From: Candidatus Obscuribacteraceae bacterium
Lineage (GTDB): Bacteria > Cyanobacteriota > Vampirovibrionia > Obscuribacterales > Obscuribacteraceae
Direction of reading: 5' to 3'
NCBI GenBank assembly: GCA_044226015.1
Contig: JBGAHS010000004.1
Location: forward strand, 783,371-847,370
DNA: 64,000 nucleotides
The notes beneath the pieces were generated by a model, which made no database searches, was not told the DNA's origin, and saw nothing but the letters and a program-made list of their open reading frames with translations. Made by a program: the position numbers and the translations under genes. Below are positions 51,001-59,297 of this stretch, piece after piece (within the stretch, counting starts at the first letter, position 1; every line of letters begins with the position of its first letter).

Positions 51001-54000
51001 TAAGCGTCACGTTGAGCAACGGACTCTCATTTAATGGCTCAATGTTTGGCACTGGCGGCAACGGTGGCAACGGCAGCCGAGGCGGGTTTGGGCTTAATGG
51101 CGGCGGTAGTGGTGGCGGTTCATTTGGCTTGATTTATGCAGGTGATGGCGGCGATGGCGGTGCGGGTGGTAGTGCTGGCGCAGGTGGTTTCGGTGGCGCC
51201 GGTGGCAAAGCCGGCAACATTGCAATTCAATGTACCGATAGCATCCTTATAAATGGTGGATTGAATGCTCGCGGTGGTCATGGCGGTGTAGGCGGCGCTA
51301 GCGGCAATGCCGGTAGTGGAGCCGACGGTAGTGGCGGTGGCGGTGGAATTATTGCCGGCGACGGTGGCACCGGCGGTAAGGGCGGCGGTGTCGCGCCTGG
51401 TGGACGAGGTGGAAATGGAGGAACTGGTGGCGGTGTAACCCTGGTTTCTGTAAATGGAAGTATTACTGTCAACAATGGAAGTGGTGAAGCAATTGCTACT
51501 TATGGTGGCGGCGGTGGAGGTGGTGGTGCCGGAGGTAACGGCGGTGATGGCGGAAACGGTGCCTCAAGTGGTATTGGTTTTAGCGGAAATCTGCAAACAA
51601 ACACACAGTTCGGTCCTGGAAATTCATATCCTCCAATGGCGATAGATGCGAGCTTTGGCTTTACTGTTGGACAAATAGGAAGTGAAGGCGGCATTGGTGG
51701 ATTCGGTGGTGCAGGCGGTCTTGGTGGCACTGGAGGCAGCGGTGGTAAGGTTCTCATGCTCGCCAGAAATGGGGCAATAGACATCACCGGCGATATTTTG
51801 ACCTACGGAAATTCTGACGGTATACCTGGTTCTGCGGGACGCAACGGCATAAGCGGTCGCAATGGTGCAACTCATACCTACTTCGGCTTGAGTGTACCAA
51901 TAAGCATCACGTCCAATGGTGGCATTCTTGGTAGTGTGCTCGGGCTAAACATCGGAGCCGGTCTGGCTGTCACCGTTGATGGTGTCACTGTCGGTGCCCA
52001 GGCTTATTCAAGTGCTGCAAAATTGCTAACCGGTAGCCCAGCCCTGAGTGGTATCAACCTCTGGATTGACCTTGAGGACAATGATGGAAATTCCACTACA
52101 GGAGCGCCTGGTGGTGGCAACGGATACTATGGATACAGAAACAATTTCGGTGTGCTTGGACTTAACCAGACCTTCACTATTGCTGGAGAACAATACAGCT
52201 CAAGCTTTACTGCAAAACCACTCGCTGGAATTTTGTTGCAGCAAGCCGGAATAACCCCACCGAGCTTCTTAACAGGTTCCTTCACTAAGGGGGATCTCTT
52301 GCCGTTCGTGAATTATTTGTTGCCAGACTCTGGCACGGGTCCCAACAACACAAGTGTTCTTCCCGTATCCACGCCTACGGTGCCAGTCACTTTCGGAGGC
52401 ATAAAGACAGATTCTTTTGCCTCAAAAGGTGGAGACGTTACAGCAATTGCCGGAACAAGTTTTAAGCAAACTGGTGCCTTCAACGCCTTCGGCGGGCAGA
52501 GTTTGGTGATTGCACCTTCTCCTTGTTGCGGTGGACCTCCGCAAACAGCCTACCTTACGCTTGGAGTCGGTGGCTCTGTGTTGATTCAAGCACCAACAGT
52601 AGACCTCTTATATCCGAATGCACCTGGAACTGGTGGACCTCCTAATTTCACTGGTGCGACCCAGCAAGAAGCTCAGACTGCCATGGCGAATTACGCTGTG
52701 CGTGCGGGGTCCATGACTTTTATAACTGAGTCGAAAGGCGCTAATTTCTTATTCAAGCCCACAGTGTTCTCGCGAAATCTAACTCTGCCTGTGCAGGGCG
52801 GGCTGAACATCGGAGATGGCAGCAGACCTGTCATGATCTCCACACCAGTGCAGATAATCAGTTACAACGGTGGCAGTGTCAATCTGTCAAACCTCATTGG
52901 TTCTGGTGGCACCTACACAGCGCAAGGCGACCTCGTAGTCGTGGCTACCGGTGACATTTCTGCGCCTACTGCTCCTGCGAATTCGCGTATACAAACCGCA
53001 AATGGCGGTCAAATGATTTTTGCTGCAGGAAGCTTGGCTCCGACCGCGCCTAACTACTGGCTCATTGTTGGTGGAAGTTCAAAGTCTGGTGGCAACATTG
53101 CACTATCAAACGTCTCGCTTGGTTCGTCTGACGGAAGCCTGGTTTACCTTGCCGCTTCAGCCGGTGAGTCTAGAATAGGTTCAATCACAACAGGTCAAAT
53201 AAATGCATCGACAGGAGCCGGCAATTCCAAGCCAGGTACTGTCTATGCATACGCTGGAGCTGACTTTACTCCAGCCGGTGTAACTGCACAGATGGCTAAC
53301 TTCGGTAGCATCGATGGCAGCATCGGATATCCCGACACTCCTGTTCAAATAGCTGTTTCCTCTTTGTCAGTGAAGTTGCCTGCGGGTGTGACTAACCTGA
53401 TAAACAAATCTGCAGATGGCATCACTATTGAAGACTCATTTGCAAGTGCCATTTATTTGTATAACACCAATGGTGATATCACAGTGCGTGGTAAGCTGAA
53501 TTCAGGCTTCGCGGTGTTTGAAACTCCCAACAGTATTTACGCTAAAAACTCCATCAACACCGTGGGACAAAACGGCATGGTGCAGTTCATTATGGGAGGG
53601 TCCATCACTGATGCAAATGGAATTTCCAACCTGCACACCGCAAACATCGGACTCACTTCGACAAATGGCTCAATCGATATTTCGAATCTGAGCGCAAGCG
53701 GTTCTATCACATTAGTTGCAAAAGCCGCGGGCTCTTCGTTGAATGCGACTTTGCTCGACACACCTGTTCTTGGCGTTGTGTCTGGTTCTGGCGGCGCGAA
53801 AGTTCAATCAACTACGGCAACCCAAATTGTGGCGAACTCGACAGGTGATGTGTTGATAAACGCAAGCGGAGCTGTTGAGTTAGGAACTGATGGAAAACTA
53901 CCGTCTTACGGCAAAAACTTTACCTTGAACGCCAATGGAAGTATCAGTCTGACTGGACCATTGTGGGTGGCGCAGAGTGCTAACCTGAGCACTAAGGCTG

Positions 54001-57000
54001 GAAGCAATGGCTCCATTACCTTATATAAGAACATCGGTCCAACTGATAGCAAAGCTGCTTTTCCTGATGTAACTCTCACTGCCGATGGTACGGGTTCTAT
54101 AACGCAATCGGGCAGCAACATCTATGCAAACAATCTGAGTTTGAGTTCGGGAAGTGGAGACATCGGTGCACCTGCAACCCCTATCTTCTCCGCTGCCAAG
54201 TCAGTTGTATTCAGTAGCTCTGGAAACGTTGCTATCTTCAACTCGAATAGCGATCACAAAATAAGCCTGGGTGGCTGGAGCGGGAAGAGTCTAGTATTTA
54301 TCCAGGACGGCGACATAATCGTAAATGGAAAGCTTACCGCGAGTTCTGACCTCAAGTTGTACAGTTTTGTTGATGGCAGCATTACTCTCAACAACGATTT
54401 GAAGGCCGGTGGAACTCTCAGTCTGACAGCCGCAGAGAACACTGATTCAACGCTTGGTCCGCTAAGTGTGGGCTCAATTACACAAAAGTCGGGCATCACA
54501 GTGACAGCCGCTAACTTGCTCATCAACGCTGGCAGTGGTGGCGCCGGCAGCTCATCGCAGCCGTTGACCACCGACGCAGGGGTGCTCACGTTCAATGTGA
54601 ACGGTCCTGTATTTATCGACAATAAGCAAAGTGCCAAAGCCTCCTTTACGCAAGTGAAGCAGCTCAGTTTCACTAATAGTGGTGACTTGACGTTTACTTC
54701 AAATCTCGACACTTCTTCCGCATCTGCTTCTGGCGGAGCAATCGATATTCATGTAAATGGTGGCAAGCTAAGCACCTTGAACATATCTGCCAGGGGCAGC
54801 GGCGCCGGAAACGCAGCTGCTAATGTTAGTTTGAGTGCCGACAACGGTATTGATTCTGGCGATTTAGATGTTTCTGCAAGCTCTGATGCGAGCGCAGGCA
54901 AGCTCACCTTAAGCAGCGCCGGACAGACAATAAGCACTGGTAATATTTTTGCAAATGGAGCCGGTACTGCAAATGGTGGCAGTATAGAAATCACAGCTGA
55001 TGTATTCCACCCAGGAGCAAAGACTCAAGCCAATGCTACTGGAACAGGAAACGGTGGTTACATACTCATCAATACTACTGGGGCTGCTGGTTCTGGAGCG
55101 AACCACCTACCTGGCATTATCAGTGCTAACGGTGTCAATGGCGGAAGTGTTGAAATGCACTATGCTGGTGGCTTCTTAATCGATAGCGGAGCAAAAATTC
55201 AAGCCAATGGCACTACCGGCGATGGTGGCACTGTCTTCTTGACGGGGTTTCCTCTCGGCAGTTCTGCCTTAGTTGTGCAGAACAACGGAGATATCGAAGC
55301 GAATAATAGCGCTTCTAAGTCTGGTGTAATTGCTATTCATTCGGGTCCTCTCATGGACATCAGCATAGAAGGAACTGGCAATCTGCTAGCCGGACAGATT
55401 GTCCGCTTCGGTAACCTCGATCCGAAAACACTTCTACTCTCGCAAAATGTTGCTGGAAACGGAAAACTTACACAAGCATCTGTTCTCAACAATTTTGAAA
55501 CCAATGCAAAAATGGGATCATTCATACTGGTGAACCCTGGCAATCTGACGCTTCCTCAAAACGTGAAGTTAACCAATGGCACTGGAAGTGGTGCCAAGTT
55601 CTTTGCGTCGGCTGGCGGAAAATTGACCTTTACGAACATCACTAGTTTGGGGCTAGGTCCAGACGGCTTTGGAGGAAACATTACTCTAAATGCGGGCTCT
55701 AGTATTATCGGCAATACCATAAATAACAGCAGCCAAAATAGCTCTGCTGGGTCTATAACACTTAATGCTCCAACAGTTATTATCAATAATCTAATTGCTA
55801 ACGGTAATGGAAGTGGTGGAAAGATTACTGTGAATGGCAGCTCTTTGACCTTCGCCAATATATCTGCCAACGGCAACAATGGTTCAGGTGGCGTCGTAAA
55901 TTTGACTGGCACCGTTAGTGTCAAGAACTTCTCAGCTACTGGTCTTGTTGGTGGTCAGTTTAACGTGAACGGCGGCGGTGTTTTTGCCGGCAATGTGAAT
56001 GTTTCAGGACGCGCAGCCGGTGGCTCTGTCAGTCTTTCTGCATCGAATGTAAATCTCGGAAATGTCAACGCAACTGGCGGCTCAAGCGGTGGTTCATTCC
56101 GCAGCAACAGCGGCAGTTTGAACTTCTTCTCGGTTGATGTTTCTGGTGGTCTCAATGGCGGAATGGTGCTAATCAACACTGGCGGTGGTACCAGCTTCGG
56201 CAGCATCTCCGCAAATGGCACTAATGGTGGCTTCGTTAGCATAAACAGTGGTGGCGGTATTACTGGCTCATCGATAAGTGTAAATGGATCTGCCAGCGGA
56301 GGAACCGTATCGCTCGCCAGTGGTGGCGGCATCATGTTCGGTAGCTTCAGTGGCACTGGTGGTGCTGGAAGTGGTGGCAGTCTCTATGTTACTGCGCCGT
56401 TTCTCATTGGCAATTCCATAGATTTCTCTAGTGCTTCAGGCGTTGGCGGCACCGTAGTGCTCAATACCGGCTTCACACGAGTTGGCTCAATTCGGTCGAA
56501 CAATCCTGTAATTGGTAATAGTGGTCAGCCCGCTTTCAATCTGGCTTCTAACTTGCCAAATACTTCTATAAGTACAACCATTGTTCAAACTGACAGCACT
56601 CATGTTCCTCGTGGCAAGAAGCTAGCAGAACAAAATAATGAAGAGCAAAAAATTCTAGAAGGAAAAGTACTGGAAGAGTTCGAATTTGAAACGCAAGATG
56701 TGCCCGATGGCGGTCTTGTTGAGAGCTCTACTTTTGACCCAGCCACAATTGCCTTGTTGGAATCGAAAGGAATAAAAGTCGGCGAGGGAACTGGCAATAA
56801 ATTCTTCAATCTCGATGTTGGAAAAGTGCTATTTGCGCCTACTCAGGACATAGTAGTGCAGACGCATGAAGCCCAGATTTTCATTGCAGCGGGTTCGCAT
56901 GTTTGGGTAGTCGAGACTGGACATGATGTTGCTATATTCGACCTGGCAGACAAGAAAAATGGCTCTGTCAAAGTCGTTAACGAGAAACGTCAGCTCGAAT

Positions 57001-57305
57001 TGCTACCTGGCAAAGGAGTGATTCTCACAAGGAATATGTCTAGCTCGTTCGATAAAATCAATCCTACAAAGGACATTGCTTATCGAAATCTGCAATCGTT
57101 CAATTTTGGCGAGGGTGTCAAAGCACACGCTGTTGATATTTCGATCTTAACCGCGATGTCCAATGTTGTGGCACTAAGGAAGATCAAGAATTCTGATAAT
57201 CCAGCTGATCGCCATCACGCAGCTGTCATTTTGAAGAATGCGGCGATTCTTTCGCTCATATCTCGCAATTCAACTCCGTTCAAACTCAGCGAGGCAGGAA
57301 AATAA
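48084..57305 (+). CDS. Giant (~3070 aa) exported Gly-rich adhesin/haemagglutinin-like beta-helical protein
   Basis: Signal peptide, FHA-like N/G/S/T beta repeats, a long PGRS-like GGxGGxGG block and a globular C-terminal domain. TTG start after GGAG. Confidence 0.85.
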   Translation: MKNFKTSRTHGYLAVALTMTIGSSYAFQPCLAQTAPGHSPFNLDLTSKSAILSPGHLVDKGPITITVGSQQIVVDPSSNLTPAERLAVYQVFSTGQQQIILGPQGNAIGGSLNIGANFSTYVSGLTVPKNVTVVTNAGVAPNLNLTGALVNAGKIYAYSSVPAVNTANISALSIYNNGTLSSVLPAQIAHLGAVQSLNLNLIAQQNIFNSGVISASGNLNLIAGGQISNITQGATQALLSGTNVNLVTGAMASLNNAQLINTGLITASAGNVTVSSLTNNLLINNSHGVIKAIAGDIAFTSAGSVLSVLNNSGSMIAKNQLSFLMGSSNPSQNLQLTGGDLAARSILFSGTDTAIVVEANKISGKVDIKGCTLSISADQGDLDINSFDLSGDPVFRAQTGNLTIPITFSGGVYNSAGAFIAVAGQDVTLTGSGTIDSAGSPITIAAGVQSDSSGNILGKSSTGGDVLMSGINLKSQGAKIELQANSGTASKGNISIGNISSDGSNGSNGTNGSNGGNGGAIQITAAGLLNTGRISSNGGAGGNAIQIIGVPTNGGAGGGGQGISLVSTTVNKDSKGNVVDYTYAFSNGTKITSKDAPITPQPPSTNTVPVSVQQQITSGGGGSNGGAYGDGGNGSAGSDGVNGGKGGAGGNAGSITISAGGASTLGQITALGGAGGGGSDGSAGGRGGNGGNGGDSYVASNAGDAGYGGSGGRGGSGGNGGAGGNGGNISISTGTFALTLSSVSSFGGLGGGAGTGGDGGGGGNGGSGGTAYGIGASGDGAYGGDAGLGGSGSFGGAGGSGGSISIKAGIINDGQISLNSGGGNGGLGGPGGNGGTGGTAGSGAGGLVGGGSGNGGRGGSGGPAGGGGNGGNAGQITVTAIKMNGTSGSSISAIGGQGGNAATRSLTLTCSTCGPDGKSGSSLIGIGGGWGGAGGSAGGTGGGLVSSSAGSGGDGGNGGAGAGGGAGGSGGNISVTLSNGLSFNGSMFGTGGNGGNGSRGGFGLNGGGSGGGSFGLIYAGDGGDGGAGGSAGAGGFGGAGGKAGNIAIQCTDSILINGGLNARGGHGGVGGASGNAGSGADGSGGGGGIIAGDGGTGGKGGGVAPGGRGGNGGTGGGVTLVSVNGSITVNNGSGEAIATYGGGGGGGGAGGNGGDGGNGASSGIGFSGNLQTNTQFGPGNSYPPMAIDASFGFTVGQIGSEGGIGGFGGAGGLGGTGGSGGKVLMLARNGAIDITGDILTYGNSDGIPGSAGRNGISGRNGATHTYFGLSVPISITSNGGILGSVLGLNIGAGLAVTVDGVTVGAQAYSSAAKLLTGSPALSGINLWIDLEDNDGNSTTGAPGGGNGYYGYRNNFGVLGLNQTFTIAGEQYSSSFTAKPLAGILLQQAGITPPSFLTGSFTKGDLLPFVNYLLPDSGTGPNNTSVLPVSTPTVPVTFGGIKTDSFASKGGDVTAIAGTSFKQTGAFNAFGGQSLVIAPSPCCGGPPQTAYLTLGVGGSVLIQAPTVDLLYPNAPGTGGPPNFTGATQQEAQTAMANYAVRAGSMTFITESKGANFLFKPTVFSRNLTLPVQGGLNIGDGSRPVMISTPVQIISYNGGSVNLSNLIGSGGTYTAQGDLVVVATGDISAPTAPANSRIQTANGGQMIFAAGSLAPTAPNYWLIVGGSSKSGGNIALSNVSLGSSDGSLVYLAASAGESRIGSITTGQINASTGAGNSKPGTVYAYAGADFTPAGVTAQMANFGSIDGSIGYPDTPVQIAVSSLSVKLPAGVTNLINKSADGITIEDSFASAIYLYNTNGDITVRGKLNSGFAVFETPNSIYAKNSINTVGQNGMVQFIMGGSITDANGISNLHTANIGLTSTNGSIDISNLSASGSITLVAKAAGSSLNATLLDTPVLGVVSGSGGAKVQSTTATQIVANSTGDVLINASGAVELGTDGKLPSYGKNFTLNANGSISLTGPLWVAQSANLSTKAGSNGSITLYKNIGPTDSKAAFPDVTLTADGTGSITQSGSNIYANNLSLSSGSGDIGAPATPIFSAAKSVVFSSSGNVAIFNSNSDHKISLGGWSGKSLVFIQDGDIIVNGKLTASSDLKLYSFVDGSITLNNDLKAGGTLSLTAAENTDSTLGPLSVGSITQKSGITVTAANLLINAGSGGAGSSSQPLTTDAGVLTFNVNGPVFIDNKQSAKASFTQVKQLSFTNSGDLTFTSNLDTSSASASGGAIDIHVNGGKLSTLNISARGSGAGNAAANVSLSADNGIDSGDLDVSASSDASAGKLTLSSAGQTISTGNIFANGAGTANGGSIEITADVFHPGAKTQANATGTGNGGYILINTTGAAGSGANHLPGIISANGVNGGSVEMHYAGGFLIDSGAKIQANGTTGDGGTVFLTGFPLGSSALVVQNNGDIEANNSASKSGVIAIHSGPLMDISIEGTGNLLAGQIVRFGNLDPKTLLLSQNVAGNGKLTQASVLNNFETNAKMGSFILVNPGNLTLPQNVKLTNGTGSGAKFFASAGGKLTFTNITSLGLGPDGFGGNITLNAGSSIIGNTINNSSQNSSAGSITLNAPTVIINNLIANGNGSGGKITVNGSSLTFANISANGNNGSGGVVNLTGTVSVKNFSATGLVGGQFNVNGGGVFAGNVNVSGRAAGGSVSLSASNVNLGNVNATGGSSGGSFRSNSGSLNFFSVDVSGGLNGGMVLINTGGGTSFGSISANGTNGGFVSINSGGGITGSSISVNGSASGGTVSLASGGGIMFGSFSGTGGAGSGGSLYVTAPFLIGNSIDFSSASGVGGTVVLNTGFTRVGSIRSNNPVIGNSGQPAFNLASNLPNTSISTTIVQTDSTHVPRGKKLAEQNNEEQKILEGKVLEEFEFETQDVPDGGLVESSTFDPATIALLESKGIKVGEGTGNKFFNLDVGKVLFAPTQDIVVQTHEAQIFIAAGSHVWVVETGHDVAIFDLADKKNGSVKVVNEKRQLELLPGKGVILTRNMSSSFDKINPTKDIAYRNLQSFNFGEGVKAHAVDISILTAMSNVVALRKIKNSDNPADRHHAAVILKNAAILSLISRNSTPFKLSEAGK

Positions 57306-57309
57306 TCCG

Positions 57310-58470
57310 TCACTTAGTTGCGGTCTTTTTCTGAGCACTCCGTGCTTGCAGCATTCCACTCTCCATATTTTTCAAGACATCCCTCATTGTTTGGGTGTCG
57401 TCTAGCCTTATGCATTCATCGGCAATTTGCTTCGCTTCTGCATCTCTGTTTGCGCCTACATATGCGCCATAAAGCAGCATCACCATGTTAGGGAACGGAT
57501 CGAAATCTTTAGCGAACTCAGTATCAGGTCGTGGCTTTTTCATATCCTGTGCATTTTTGAAATACTCACCGATTCGTTTCATCGGTTCGGGATACAAATA
57601 TGTAGCGGCGTCTGCCCAGCGCAAATTTGAGAACAAAACAGGTTCAAGTAATGGTGTGAAGCTTCGCAATGAATCTCGTTGGGCTGCATCTGTTTTTGCT
57701 TTGTCAAACCATGCAAGTGTTTTGTTGTTTTCATCCAACATTCCATTCAGTAGCATCCAGTCATATCGCTTTGTTGCATTGTCTGCAGCGTCGCGCAGTT
57801 CTTGAATCTTTGCTTTTCCATCGGGATAAACCGAAAGCAATCGCTTTATTTCTGAGGGCACCAGAGAGGCTCTCAAACTACCAAGTTGAGAATCACCCTG
57901 GGGCAGATTGTCCCAGAGCCAGAGATACTCTGCGAACGCTTCTGCATTCTTATTTGATGTTTGGAACTGGCGTGCTTTTCCCATGTGTTCCCAAATAGCA
58001 GGCTCGTTGGTGTCAGCCAGTTCTTTCTCTAGCTCTTTTGCTGACTTGCCAGCTTTTGCGCCCTGCAGCCACTTCATTATCTCCGATGCGCTGAGGTAGC
58101 CATCTTGACGGTCGAATTCCTTTTCACTGTTGTCCGGAGAAAAGAGCACCAGAGTCGGCATGCCTGTGATGTTAAAAGCTGAACTTAGTTTTTCTTGTTT
58201 GTCGACATCAATCTGGATTGCTATAGCGTTTTCTTTGATCCAATTCTCAACGGTGCTATCTAGCCACGTTGTTATTTCCATCTTTTTGCAAGGTTGACAC
58301 CAGCTTGCGCTGAAGTCGAGGAGTAGGAATTTGTGCTCGCTTTGTGCCGATTGTTTTGCTTGTTCAAATGGCAGGTCAGAAAAGACTGCTGCTTTGCCCC
58401 AGGCTGCATTCATATTCGAAATAGTAAGAAATGCGAATGACGCCGCCACGAACTTCAGTTTTGCTTTCAC
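57310..58470 (-). CDS. Exported thioredoxin-fold protein with a helical C-terminal domain
   Basis: Signal peptide, LLLDFSASWCQPCKKM and GMPTLV cis-Pro loop. Confidence 0.88.
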   Translation of the reverse strand: MKAKLKFVAASFAFLTISNMNAAWGKAAVFSDLPFEQAKQSAQSEHKFLLLDFSASWCQPCKKMEITTWLDSTVENWIKENAIAIQIDVDKQEKLSSAFNITGMPTLVLFSPDNSEKEFDRQDGYLSASEIMKWLQGAKAGKSAKELEKELADTNEPAIWEHMGKARQFQTSNKNAEAFAEYLWLWDNLPQGDSQLGSLRASLVPSEIKRLLSVYPDGKAKIQELRDAADNATKRYDWMLLNGMLDENNKTLAWFDKAKTDAAQRDSLRSFTPLLEPVLFSNLRWADAATYLYPEPMKRIGEYFKNAQDMKKPRPDTEFAKDFDPFPNMVMLLYGAYVGANRDAEAKQIADECIRLDDTQTMRDVLKNMESGMLQARSAQKKTATK

Positions 58471-58904
58471 GCTACACTCCGTTTATTTGCCTTTTCTTCC
58501 AACACTCTATTTTCCACGAATTCGTCGGAGAAGTTAGGCACTGTTTTCAAAATAGTATTCTACTCGCGCCAGGAGAAGTTATTGTATTGTCAGAAGATGG
58601 ACCCATATAAGTGGAAGCAAATGCAATTGCAGGTTGTCCCAAAAAGAGCGACAGCGCCTGCCGTTAGCATAATCCTTTGCAGTTTCCTATCACCCATTAG
58701 TGGGTAGTTTTGTGCTCGCGCGTGATCGTGTGATTTCAGAGGCATTCAGCGATCATCATTTTTATCTCAGCAAATCTGAGCACGATTAATGTCGCAGACG
58801 ATTGAATTGATGATTATTGGATATACAATTTGCTCATCAAAGTTTTTTCGAAAAATTCTTTTTGTTTTCCCTTGAGAAACAGTTATCTGTTTCGTCAGTT
58901 TCAC

Positions 58905-59246
58905 ATGAGGAAGAATGGCTACTGGAGCGGTATAGGTTTTGGAAGTGCCTCGTCGTCATCCAGTGCTCCAATATATTACTGGACGTCAAATCCTTCGATG
59001 GCTGGAATTACATACACTGCTGGGCGGTTGAACACTGTCACCTCGCCACCTGCTTGGAATGGCGATGCTTCACGTGTTCCGCCAAATTCAAAGCATATTT
59101 TGTTTGACCACAAAATTGCTGGTCAGGCAATAACTTTGAACAACGGAAATGAAGGAATTGCTGTGAACAACAACTCAACGACAGTTGTGGGAACGAACAA
59201 ACAGCTCTCGGTGACGGTCTACTGGACCGAAGAGTCCAGCACTTAG
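58905..59246 (+). CDS. Small beta-rich hypothetical protein upstream of the Rhs gene (start uncertain)
   Basis: ORF ends ...LSVTVYWTEESST, co-oriented and ~50 bp before the Rhs start. Confidence 0.5.
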   Translation: MRKNGYWSGIGFGSASSSSSAPIYYWTSNPSMAGITYTAGRLNTVTSPPAWNGDASRVPPNSKHILFDHKIAGQAITLNNGNEGIAVNNNSTTVVGTNKQLSVTVYWTEESST

Positions 59247-59297
59247 TCAATCAAACGATGCCCAAGCAAACGTCATAATTAAATCAGGAAATAAGCA

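Noticed and set aside
49964..51875. Pro-rich minus-strand ORFs (likewise 26072-26899 on the + strand)
   Set aside because: Antisense mirrors of Gly (GGN) codon runs in real genes.
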